This document shows, piece by piece, positions 51,800-64,000 of a stretch of DNA of 64,000 nucleotides (positions are counted from its first letter, which is position 1; each line of letters starts with the position of its first letter). A program made the translations under genes and the position numbers. Location of the stretch: contig NC_085843.1 of assembly GCF_035594765.1 (NCBI RefSeq), positions 215,551,971 to 215,615,970 of the forward strand, given 5' to 3'. A model generated the notes under the pieces. It worked only from the letters and a program-made list of their open reading frames with translations. It searched no databases and was not told the DNA's origin. The DNA is from Anolis carolinensis. Taxonomy: Eukaryota.

Positions 51800-52795
51800 C
51801 CAGTTGCACCCATACCTTGGGAAGCCAGACTTGGCCCGGGGGCCCATGCTCTCGTTACATCCCAAATAGACTACTGCAATGCGCTCTACATGGGGTTACC
51901 TTTGAAGACTGTCTGGAAGTTCCAAGTGGTCCAACGGGCAGCAACCGGGTTCCTCACTGAACCAATGTATAGGGAACATACAATCCCTCTGTTACGTCAA
52001 CTCCACTGGCTGCCAGTTTGTTAACTGGGCACAATTCAAAGTTCTGCCTTTATCCTATAAAGCCCTAAATGGTTCTGATCCATGTGTTGTCGAAGGCTTT
52101 CATGGCCAGAATCACAGGATTGTTGTGTGTTTTCTGGGTTGTATGGCCATGTTCCAGAAGTATTCTCTCCTGACGTTTCACCCACATCTATGGCAGCCTT
52201 CCATCTATGGAAGTATCTCACAACCTCTGAGGCTGCCTGCCATAGATGTGGGCCAAACGTCAGGAGGGAATACTTCTGGAATATGGCCATACAGCCAGGA
52301 AAACACAAAACAACTCGGTTCTGGTCCAGCTTACCTGTCCAAACATATCTTCCCCCAAGAACCAGCTAGAGCATTAAGATCTGCCGGGGAAGCCCTGCTC
52401 TCAGTCCTACCTATGTCACAAGCACAACTTGTGGGGATGAGAGACAGGGTCTTCTTGGTGGTGGCCTCTTGGCTCTGGAACTCCCTCTCCAACAATATTA
52501 GATTGCCCCCCTCCTTAACTTTAGAAAAAGATAAGGAGATCAGGGATTCGGGAATAGTGCAGCACAGAATTGATATGCAGCAACATAAAGGATGACCATG
52601 GTTTTAGCTATATGGCTTTAACCAATTTTAACAGTTTATGTATTTCTGTGTTTATTTTGTTGACATTTTAAAGTGTTTATTTGATATATTTTTGTTTCAT
52701 AATGTGGCAGTGAAGTGGCCAATCTGTAAGCTGCTCTGAGTCCCCCTCGGGGTGAGAAGAGTGAGGTATAAATATGGGAAATAAATAATAAATAG
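51800..52795 (+). mobile_element. L2-clade LINE 3' fragment interrupted by an inverted Penelope insertion (52083-52316)
   Basis: ALVTSQIDYCNALYMGLP...LHWLP motif; (TAAA)n tail; inner TSD GGTTCTG(A/G)TCCA at 52071-52082 and 52317-52328. Confidence 0.85.
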
Positions 52796-53439
52796 AAAGA
52801 TATATTTGGGGCCAGTTACATAATCACACACACACACACACACATATATATTTATGATGCAGTTATCCAATTTACTTTGTTAAATCAAAATTCTTTTCGG
52901 CATCCTTATGAATAAGCAATTCAAATTGTTATTCCCCCACAAACTAACACTCTGTTGTGATTTGAAAGATAGAGGTTAGAAGAGGACCATAAACAAAAAC
53001 AGGCAGGAAAGACTCAAGATGATATTAGGTAGCAGACTACCAGCAATGGAGTAGGATTGGGATTTGTTTAGGGAAAAGCTTTCCAGACATTTCATGTTGG
53101 TGACATACTTTTTCTACATGCATCATTCTGTGACACAGTAATTCAGTTTTTCTAGAAAACCGGAGGTTAAACCAACCCTTATAAAAGATATGGGCACATA
53201 CATAAATTGTAATAACAAAAAGTATGGGGACACAGCATATCTAGTGCAAACCTTTCATTTCTATTTTTTAAAAACACATGATTTATTGCTTATTTCGCAT
53301 AGATTTAGAGGTTTATTGTTATGTTCACACGATGCACATAGACACTGTAGCTGACACACGAATATATTGTGACACAAAGTTTGGAAAGCTCTAATGTAGA
53401 GGAACTGAGAAGTGTAAATATTTTTCTTTTTATTCTTAG

Positions 53440-53577
53440 GGTTTATTTCCAACATGACTATTCAGCGCCAATATTTTCCGAATGATGAAGATCAAACGGG
53501 TGCTGCCAAAGCTCTCTTACGGCTCCAGGATACATATAATTTAGATACAGACACCCTCTCTAGGGGAAATCTTCCAG
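53440..53577 (+). CDS. P4HA1: P4HA1 exon: FISNMTIQRQYFPNDEDQTGAAKALLRLQDTYNL...GNLP
   Basis: 138 nt, AG/GT boundaries; N-glycosylation sequon NMT. Confidence 0.97.
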
Positions 53578-55321
53578 GTAAGGCTCTGAGAAATTTTGGA
53601 AATATAGAGAAAACTCTTTTAAGGAATGTGAATTTATTTGAAGGAAGGAGCTAGATCATGCATAACTAATTTGTTGCTATAGGAATGAATTACGTGCTCA
53701 CATACCCCCATTTTTCACCTCCCTTCCCACATCATGTGCTGCAGTTTTTGGCATAAACCATAGCTTGCAGTTATATCCAAATGGCCAGGCTATGGCTTTT
53801 TGCTTATCTTCCTTCCAAATGAAGATTGCAATGCATCTCCAAGCTGTGATTTGTTATTTTTCTTAAGAGGACAAACACAAGACATAATTTGCTGGGTTTT
53901 GATATGATTCTGACGTATTGTTTACACTAAAGGAATACATAACTAAAGTTGAGTGTGCAAAAGGAGAAGTTTGTTTTTGTGCATCAGCCACAGTATTTCT
54001 TTCATTTTTGTGTCACGTTGAGGCCACACAAATCATAGAAGTTACATCAAACTTTATGAAAGTGAAGACACAAAATAAAGCCACATCAGAGATATAACAG
54101 ATTGAGATCCAATGGAAGCTATATTAACGTAACATCCAGTCAGAAATGTGCTTGTATTTCAATTACTTTTAACTTCCCTCCCAAAGACGCATTAAGACTC
54201 TGGAGGAGAGGAAGTTTGAGATCTGTCATTTAATAAATTGTTTTTACTTCAAATGTGTAGCATTTGATCTGTTGTCTGCATCACAGCTACCTTCCAAATA
54301 AATAGCTGGTGCGGGGGCAGAACTGTTCTGCCCCACATAAAAAAACAGAAGAAAAACACAAAGAATACAATACATATACATGCATAAACATAAACATATT
54401 TGAACAACATTTACATAACTAAGTACACAATTTTCCCACTAACCTACATCTCTACTCTAACTTAACATGAATTTTAAATACAAGCATGTATACATAAATA
54501 GGTGTGTCAACAACAGTTTGATGCTTTATCTGAACAGTGTTTTTCTCTCTACTGTTGTAGTAGACTCCAAGTAAGAGTCTGTATTTTGGATGCGGCATAC
54601 TTTTTTTCATTGAAATGTTTCTATATTCCCTTTTAATGCAAAAATACAATTAATCTGTAATGGATCTGGCATAGTAGTTGTTGGACTGCTCTCTATGTGT
54701 TTTTGGATTGCAACTCCTAATATTCTTCACCAAAAACTCCCAATATTCCTCACCAAAAACCAAAAAATTAGAAGTGATTGGACTGGCAATCCATCGGCAC
54801 CTGGAATGGTGCACAAATTTGTTCAAATTTTATATGGCAGGATAGAAGAGGCCATAGATTATATTATCAGGACCTTTTCATATCCATTTGTAGTTGCTTT
54901 GCTGATTTAATGGGATATCATCAAGAAATCTGTTCTGCCTTTGTTTTTCCAACATACTTTTTACAGTTTGCATTTTTTAATGGAACTGAGACCCACGGGT
55001 GGTATTTTGAACCTCTATGACTTTAATACGGAGGAAAATATTAAGCTCTTGTGGTCTTCAACTCATGAGATTTCTTGTTTTAATAAGCCTGTTTTATTTC
55101 TTTTTGATTGCTCTCTTTGCAACCCTTGTGATCTTTTGTGATGGAAGGCATCATCAGCCCATGTATGTAAATTGTCACAATTATCATTATCCAATCCCCA
55201 AATTTTGTGTAACATTCTGTTTATTGTAGTGTTGCCCCTGGATTATAACTTGTAGGATTTCGGAAAGGCAAAATGCAACAGGAAACAGTTGTTAACCTGA
55301 TCTTCTGCCTATCAGAATATA

Positions 55322-55323
<2 letters not shown>

Positions 55324-55362
<39 letters not shown>
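55324..55362. repeat. (TG)n microsatellite (others: (TA)n 24038-24078, (TATC)n 48335-48380, (TAA)n 15917-15953, 50507-50571, 61149-61206)
   Basis: Direct inspection. Confidence 0.95.
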
Positions 55363-55364
<2 letters not shown>

Positions 55365-55593
55365 TATTTTAAAACATCCAGCACTCTATGTACCCATAGA
55401 TCATATTAGGAATTTCCCCTCCTACTCTGTTCTTTTCAGCATGTCTGTTTCTAAACTTGTACAGAATCTAAAGAATCTAAACCTTTACAAGTATGGAACT
55501 GTTATCTGAAGCATTATGTTTGGAGCCATATAAAAGTGCTTACAAAATAAAAAGGTCTAATCAGCTTTGTTTAGTAGTACTAGTTGTACATAA

Positions 55594-56118
<525 letters not shown>

Positions 56119-57010
56119 TAATGTAGCTCAACTCAGATCTAGTATTTATTTTTCTCATTGAATTCTCTGTGCATTTGAAAGAAGTCCAGTTTTAAACGTG
56201 ATCCATTAAGAACAGATGGCACTTACAGACCCTGGTCTACTATTGGTAGCATGGGGACATTCTGGATATATGGCTTGTTTTATTAATAGAATTTATGGGA
56301 GTCTAGACAACATTGTTTTCTATTTTTAACTTTTCGATGGCCTCCTGCCACTTCTTTCATCTTTTTTGTTACCATGAATAATCCACCAATCTGATCTGCA
56401 ATGCTTCTGAACACTACACCATTGATTGGTATTAAACATATTTCAAAGACATTTTTCCTTGTTTCAAATTTCCTGATGAGTGAAATGTGTTGTGATATCT
56501 TAGGTTTGCTCAGTTACCATTAGGTTCTATCTTTCTAACACATCATCCAAAAATATCTGCTAAATCAGATTTGCCAGCAACCCAAAGACACATGTATGTA
56601 ACAGTTTTTTCTGTATTGTAGATAGTGCGTTGGTTAATAGGGCTGGGCTTTAGCACAGCAGGTTAAACCACCAGCTGCAGTAAATCTTGTCAGTCGAAAG
56701 GTTGACAGTTTGAAGCCTGGGTCAAGGTGAGCTCCTGGCCTTTAGTCCAGCTTTGGCCTACCTAGTGGTTCAAGAGCAAAATGTGAGTAGATAAGTAGGT
56801 ACCGCTTAAGCGGGGAGGTATTTTAAGGCACCCATAAGAAATTGCTAGAAAAATGCCGGCAATTAGATCAAGGAGGAAGTTTACGAACAAAGCTCTTCAG
56901 CCGGGAGATAGAGCGACAGCACCCCCACTGTGACCGGAACCGAGCACAAGCCTCCAAGATGCCAAAGATTGGAAAAGACTATATATACCTGTATCTATGT
57001 ACAATTACCG

Positions 57011-57346
57011 GGGGGCCCTGGTGGCACAGTGTGTTAAAGTGCTGAGCTGCTGAACTTGCGGACCAAAAGGTCCCAGGTTCAAATCCCAGGAGCGGAATGA
57101 GCGCCCGCTGTTAGCCCCAGCTCCTGCCAACCTAGCAGTTCGAAAACATGCAAATGTGAGTAGATCAATAGGTACCACTCCGGTGGGAAGGTAATGGCGC
57201 TCCATGCAGTCATGCCGGCCACATGACCTTGGAGGTGTCTATGGACAACGCCGGCTCTTTGGCTTAGAAATGGAGATGAGCACCAACCCCCAGAGTCTGA
57301 TATGACTGGATTTAACCTCAGGGGAAAAACCTCTACCTTTACCTTT
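57011..57346 (+). mobile_element. Sauria SINE nested in another SINE-like element (~56640-57485)
   Basis: Full head and tail; ATGTACAATT duplicated on both sides. Confidence 0.88.
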
Positions 57347-58706
57347 TAATGTACAATTGTCTGTATTGTCTGTGTATAAATGGCATTGAATGTTTGTTGT
57401 ATATGTATGTTCTGTGATCCGCCCTGAGTCCCCTCCAAGGTGAGAAGGGCGGAATATAAATTCTGTGAATAAAATAAATAAATTGGGTTCCTGTGCCCCT
57501 AACCACAGCAAATATGGGGGCCGACTGTAATTTCTTACTGATTGGCTGTAGTTTTTGTTAACTGTAGTAAAACATTATTGTAAAAATCCCAGATTTAGAG
57601 CTTTGTTAAAACTATGTAGGGCCCTTAAACAAAAGGATAAATGCATTTGAATTTTTCCAGTAATTGGAATATTTAGTTTGTAAATCTGGTCTTTACTGTT
57701 GCAGTGTTACATTTCCATTAAAATCATATCTGCTTGATCAGTGATTTGTATACATAGCAATTTCTCTATGGGCCAATATATATTTTTCTTAGTAATTCAG
57801 TTTCTTAGTGAAAAGTTTATTTTTATAAGTGATAATCTTATAAATATTGAATTTGTGTTCTATTCAACTTGCTGGGATTTGCCTCTGAATGGACATCCAT
57901 TTAAAATTACATATACCAACGTAACTGAGAATTAAAATCTTGCAATGGCTTAGGAAATGTTCGTTTTTGATGTTTGCTGAGTTTAATAATAATACTTTAT
58001 CCATACTCCGCCCTATCTTCCCGAGGGGACTCAAGAGTGGATTACAGGTACACATATGGCAAACATTCAATGCTGTTATACAAGTGACAAAGACAGGACA
58101 GTATATAAACAGAGGCAGGCTTCCCTCTTTTTTCCATCTCTGGCATCTGGAGGCTGTGCTCGACTTGGCCATGGGGAGGTGCTGTTGTTTCCTTCTTCCA
58201 TGCGGAGGAGCTTTGCTGTTCATAGACACCTTCCTGGTCGAACTGTCGGCATGTTTTTCAGGGGCACATTTTACTCCCCGCTAAAGTGGTACCTATTTGT
58301 CTACTCACATTGCTGTTTTCTAATTGTTAGGTAGGCAGAACCTGGGCAGACGGCGGGAGCTCACGCCGCCTGCGGCTTGAACTGCCAAACTTTCAGTCAG
58401 CAAGATCTTCTGTAGCTGAAGGTTAACCTGCTGTGCTAAATGGGAAGTCTCGTATAGGAAGCAATTGTCAGGAAAAGAACTTCATATAAGTTGTTTACTT
58501 AAACAATGAGAATAGGAGTGTCTTATGATTGAAATGTCTGACTTTAGGGGGTTATATGTAAATATATTCACATTTAAGCATTTGTTTGAAATAAACATTT
58601 GCCATGAAAAGAAACAGGAAAGTAGTTAGAAAAATTAAGCTTTTACAAAAGAGGCTTTATGTTCTGAAATTTTGTCTGCGTTTATCCTTTTCCCTTATTG
58701 CTGTAG

Positions 58707-58912
58707 ACCCAGAGCATCAGCGAGCAAATGGCAATTTGAAGTACTTTGAATATATAATGTCTAAGGAAAAAGAAAAAGAAGCAAACAAATCTCTTTCTGA
58801 GACAGATGAAAAGACTGGAAAAGAAAGCAAAAGTAAAAAGGGTCCGTCAAAAGACTATCTGCCGGAGAGACAGAAATATGAAATGTTGTGCCGTGGGGAA
58901 GGTCTCAAAATG
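58707..58912 (+). CDS. P4HA1: P4HA1 exon: PEHQRANGNLKYFEYIM...YLPERQKYEMLCRGEGLKM
   Basis: 206 nt, AG/GT boundaries; sequon NKS. Confidence 0.97.
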
Positions 58913-59023
58913 GTAATCGTATATTTTTATGAAAAATGATAAAAATTTAGTTAGCCATTTGTTTCCTGTGTGATATGCATGCATTAGGTTAAAAACATTT
59001 GGTCCTTCATTTTAATTTTCTAG

Positions 59024-59200
59024 ACTCCTAGAAGACAAAAGAAACTGTTTTGCCGTTATTATGACGGAAATAGAAACCCCAAGTATATACTCAGACCTGT
59101 CAAACAAGAGGATGAGTGGGACCGCCCTCGGATTGTCCGCTTCGTGGAAATAATTTCTGATGAAGAAATAGAAACTGTCAAAGAGCTGGCAAAACCAAGG
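59024..59200 (+). CDS. P4HA1: P4HA1 exon: TPRRQKKLFCRYYDGNRNPKYILRPVKQEDEWDRPRIVRF...LAKPR
   Basis: 177 nt, phase 0/0, AG/GT boundaries. Confidence 0.97.
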
Positions 59201-61148
59201 GTAAAGAATATTTTAAGTTATGTTACCAATGCATGGATCCTGGTATGTGATGGAGTGCCTTCGGGCAATTCTACAATAAAACATCTCTGTGACATTAAAA
59301 ACTGACTGTTGGTTTAGCTTAGAGTTAGAGGAAATGATTTATCTGCAGACCTCCCAGGTTCAATCCTTGGTATGTTGCAGTAAACAAATAACAAAATAGG
59401 TATCTCACAAGGGACTGCCTGTCCAGGTAAGCAATACTGGACTGATAAATAACCTAGCCTAGACTTTCTCTATGACACTGCTCTCTGTGATTTAGTTGAG
59501 TTGATCTTGCATGTGCCTTGTTTTGGAAGACAATCTTGAAGGCAGTAGGAATTCAGGATCTCTTTACACTATACATGAATCACTGCAGTATGACGTTCCG
59601 CTACTACTGCTATCTTTCTTCTATATTACTATTGCAAAGGTAAATTATTAAGGATTGATGCAGACACAGTTTTAAGTCACAGTACCCATCACAGAGAGAG
59701 ATAGTCATATATTTTTGTATTCCTCTGCTGTTGGAAGTTATTGTGTGTAAGTGTTGATTTATCCGTGCCCCTTGCAGTTACTTTATACACAGTCCAGGCT
59801 CTTGGAGGAGCTGAAGTAACCCTGCATTTAAAGTGTGGGATTTATAAAGTCCTTCCTGTCTGAAAAGGGTTGGTTCTTTTAAAAATAAATCCACAGACTG
59901 TAACCCATTATTATATGGGACCACAGTGAGAAATGGGCCTATGCTTGTTTTCAAGGGTCATTTTTGTAGCCATTCCTCCCATTTTTTTTTGCCTCAAACA
60001 CTTTAGCCCTCCCCCCTTCAAACATGTTCTAATTCTGACAGAGGTATTTTGTTTTCAATGCATGGGGTGGAGGCAGTTTTCAAATGTTTTTTTTAAAAAG
60101 TGTAGCTTTGGGCCTAAAGCAGCCCAAGGATTGCAAACCAAAACTCCCAAGTAACTTGAAAACATCACCCCCCAGCTTTCTCTGGCAGACATGGAGTAGT
60201 GGGCAAAATGTTTTTCAGAGTGGGGGAATGGACCTACAACTTCTTCTGGGCCCCATGCAGCCTTTAGCTGACAACAGTTGCCCATCCTTGCTGTAGATTT
60301 TAAAGAAAACCCATTTATCCATGTTGTGTATATAGGTGATTAAACTTAGGAATCAGGTAACAGATTGCAAGACTTGTAAACCAGTGATGGCCCACCTATT
60401 GAGCTTGCCTAGTAAAGGTAAAGGTTTTCCCCTGACATTAAGTCCAGTCGTGTCGGACTCTGGGGGTTGGTGCTCATCTCCATTTCTAAGCCGAAAAGCC
60501 GGCGTTATCCGTAGACACCTCCAAGGTCATGTGACCGGCATGAATGCATGGAGCGCCTAGGAACCCAGATTTAGAGATCCAGATTGTACTTTCTCATATA
60601 GTGCCCAAATGCCTCTGTCATGGTACAGTGGTAAGTTCTCATTTATTCTTTTGGAAAGAACATGCATGTCTCATGCATTGCTTTGTCAGTACCAGTTTAT
60701 AAGTAGATGTGTTTCTGAAAAGCTGTAGCATTGTCAGTAGCAGCATATGGGTTTTTAAATGTTCACTTAGCAGAAGTTTCTTGGTTAAGCTTTCACTGAG
60801 GCTTCACAGGAAAGACACTTGGAAGTAGCCACATGTAACCTTCACCTGCATTCTGGTTAACTCTGCCCTAGTTAGGCTTGGACTCACACTGTACCTAGTA
60901 TTGTTCCTTTGAACAATGAAAAATTATCAAGAGTTGCCAGACAGATAAAAACATGGTTCCACCTTGTGCTTCTGTCTGAGTTAGCTGGTGGGTAAAATGT
61001 CAAGAGTGAACCCAGTTCTGTCAGTTAAGTGAGCTCTATCCTGAGCCACACACAAGTAAATCTGGACAAACACAACACTGTAATTATTGTTGTGGGTCTC
61101 CAAGCGGTTTCTGTTTTATAGCCACCCTAACGGTTTTCTGGGACTGAC

Positions 61149-61207
<59 letters not shown>

Positions 61208-62085
61208 ACTTTATTTATATTCTGCTCTCTAGCCCTAGGGGCCACAGAATGGGTTACAGTATTTACATACATAGGCAAACATTCAATGCCTTTACAATCA
61301 CATGAGACACACAAACTCAAACAAAGGCAAGGAAGGCTTCTTTCATTTCCGGCTTCTGGAGGCAGTTCTCATTTCTGGCTCTGGGAGGTGCTTTTCTCCA
61401 TTTTCAAGCCGAGGAGCCTGCATTGCCACCTCCTGGTCATGTGGCCGGCAAGATTGCTTGGAGCATGTTTTTGCCTTCTCCCACCAAAGTGGTACCTATT
61501 TATCTACTCACATTTTCATGTTTTCAAACTGCTAGGTTGGCAGGAACTCGGGATGACAGACGGGAGCTCACTCTGTCTCGCAGATTCGAACTGCCAACCT
61601 TCAGGTCAGCAGTTCAGCAGTACAAGGGTTTAACCCTTTGCACCACTGCGAGTATGTGACTCGCCTAAGCTTTCCCTCTGGGTTTCTGTGGCCAAACAGG
61701 GAATTGAACCCTGGTCTCTAGTTTCGTAGTCCAGCCTATAAACCCCTATACCACACTAATTTTTGCTACTGCAATACAGATAGCAAATATGTACAATAAA
61801 CAATCCGAAACAATAAACAATACAAGTAAAGTAAATAGCTCTATCTAATTTTAATGTGGTTTCAGTAACTATAAGGAATAGCCTGCTGCTTCAGGTGCAG
61901 GTGAGTTGCGTTTGTGTCCGTGTATATTACTAAAAGGTGAATACTATGCTGTCAGTATATAAACTGTCTTAAGGAACATGAACCCTGCTGGGGCCTCTGC
62001 TCCATCATAGGATTCTGAATGGTCGGATTGATGTGATGCAGTATATACCTTGTAATTCAACTATTCTGATTGGTTCGCTTCACAG

Positions 62086-62156
62086 CTGAGGCGAGCCACC
62101 ATTTCAAACCCCATAACGGGAGTCTTGGAGACTGCACATTACAGAATTAGCAAAAG
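62086..62156 (+). CDS. P4HA1: P4HA1 71-nt mutually exclusive exon: LRRATISNPITGVLETAHYRISK
   Basis: cacAG/GTAAG boundaries; matches one of the two homologous alternative exons; gene continues past the window. Confidence 0.95.
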
Positions 62157-63044
62157 GTAAGACTTCATATATGCTGTCCCTATAATGAGTGCCTCTATGG
62201 TGCTCATCAGGAGAAAAAAATAGCCAGAAGCTTATTTTTTTCTGGTCAATCTCTTACTACTTGCAAATAGTATAATAAACTGTTACTGCCGGGTTTCCCA
62301 GATTCTTCCTCTAACCAGAAGTTCTGTTCTTGTTTGCTAGGATTTTTTTTAGTCTATTACAATATGCTTGTGGATTATCAATCCCCCTATGTAAAGTAGT
62401 GATCGCCTTTGCATTTGAAGAACGTCCTTCTAGAATATCCTCAACAAAGTTGACCTGCCTTTTCCCTGTGCAGTAAAACTACAGAAGATGCTGCTTTGGC
62501 AGGACTATTCATTGGCATTTTGTATTAGTGGTTGAGCAGTTTTATATTCTCATTGTAACAAAAACGACTAGCCTGGCTGCTAATTCCAGCTTTGTTTAGT
62601 TGGAGCCAGGCACATTGTTATGTTAGACATCTCTTTGCAGCTCAATACATAGATTTAAGTGCTGTTTTTACACATTTCCGGGGTTTTGGCTAAATATGGG
62701 TGTGACATAGTCATTCAAAAAAATGGGATTTGTCCTCTGATTTTGACACGCTATTAAATCAGAGCAGCAGCAATAATAAAACGGAATTAAAAATAGTCTT
62801 TTTAATCCAGTCTTATGGATATAGATGATCCCATTAATGTCTCTTAATGTTCACAACGTGTTTATGTTAGCCACGCTCAGGTTATTCTCTGCTCCCTGTC
62901 TTTATAGCCTGTCTTCCCTTCAAGGAGCACAGGAAAGTAGACACGATGGATTATTCATTTAAGACTCACACTATAGGACTTTATTTATTTTAAGAATTGG
63001 TAGCTCAATTTATTCCCCCCCCCATTGGGAATCAAGATGGCATA

Positions 63045-63377
63045 AAGGTAAAGGTAAAGGTTTCCCCTTGACATTAAGTTGAGTCGTGTCCGACTCTGAG
63101 GGGTGGTACTCATCTCCATTTCTAAGCCAAAGAGCAGGCATTGTCCATAGACGCCTCCTAGGTCATGTGGTCAGCATGACTGTGTAGAGCGCCATTACCT
63201 TCTCACTGATACGGTTCCTATTGATCTACTCACATTTGTATGTTTTCAAACTGCTAGATTGGCAGAAGCTGGGGCTAACAGCGAGGGCTCACCCTGTCCC
63301 ATAGATTCGAACTGCCAACCTTCTGGTCAGCCAGTTATGCAGCTTAGCGGTTTAACCTGCTGCGCCATCACGGCCCC
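63045..63377 (-). mobile_element. Full-length Sauria SINE (partial copy also at 60412-60557)
   Basis: (ACCTTT)n tail; 14-bp TSD ATCAAGATGGCATA at 63031-63044 and 63378-63391. Confidence 0.9.
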
Positions 63378-64000
63378 ATCAAGATGGCATACAGAGTGTT
63401 AATATTGTGAATGGTCCTAATATTACGAATGGGCTATAAAATATTTTAAATGCCCTAAATTTATTTATTTAGTATATTTATATACTGCCTTTCTCACCCC
63501 TGAGGGACTCAAGGTGGTTTACAACATATTAATGGAAGAAATTCAATGGCAACATGCATATAATAAAAAATCATAATAACTAAACACTGACACGTAACTA
63601 AATTAAAATCATTAAAACCATTAAACATAGGCATATACAACATTTAAACACTAAGACAAAGCATTAAAACACCCTAATATAAATATGAAAATCATAGGAT
63701 CCAAAAATTGTGCATCTTGGCCATTCCGATTGTCATTGCACATATTTCCTGATTGTTCTTTTCACTGCATTACTGGCTAAAAGCCTGTTCCCACAACCTC
63801 GTTTTAATTTTTTTTCTAAAGGCCAGGAGGGAGGGCATTGATCTAAGCTCACTGGGGAGAAAATTCCAGAGATGAGGAGCCACCACTGAGAAGGCCCTAT
63901 CTTTTGTCCCCACCAACTGCACTTGCGACGTAGGAGGAATCGAAAGCAGGGCCTCCCCAGAAGAGCTTGACCTCCAAAATCATTCAGTTCTAAGCCCAGG

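Noticed and set aside
139-52369. Recurring short ORFs such as GCMAMFQKHSLLTFRPHLWQASSE and MPAIDVGETSGENTSG
   Set aside because: Translations of the non-coding Penelope pLTR/hammerhead in different frames, not a gene family

Overview
Repeat-rich vertebrate (squamate) genomic DNA, most likely Anolis, judged by Sauria SINEs and anole-type Penelope, hAT, Tc1 and Helitron families. It holds two head-to-head genes. NUDT13 is complete on the minus strand: non-coding exon 1 at ~20727-20910, then 8 coding exons from 18646 down to 8449 (1035 nt, 344 aa). The 5' part of P4HA1 is on the plus strand: CpG-island promoter at ~32820-33160 with NRF1 and HRE motifs, then coding exons 47535-62156, continuing beyond the window. 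The left 7.5 kb has a tandemly duplicated CpG-rich promoter of an unidentified transcription unit, with a perfect IRF element, exon-like segments and signs of gene conversion. The most notable non-genic signal is a set of Penelope-like element ends carrying minimal hammerhead ribozyme motifs. Three of them are short, TSD-flanked, self-complementary insertions, and one copy with an intact core lies ~0.4 kb upstream of the P4HA1 promoter inside a three-level transposon nest. There is one assembly gap (19037-19257). All calls were made by eye; comparisons with human genes are from recall and no searches were run.
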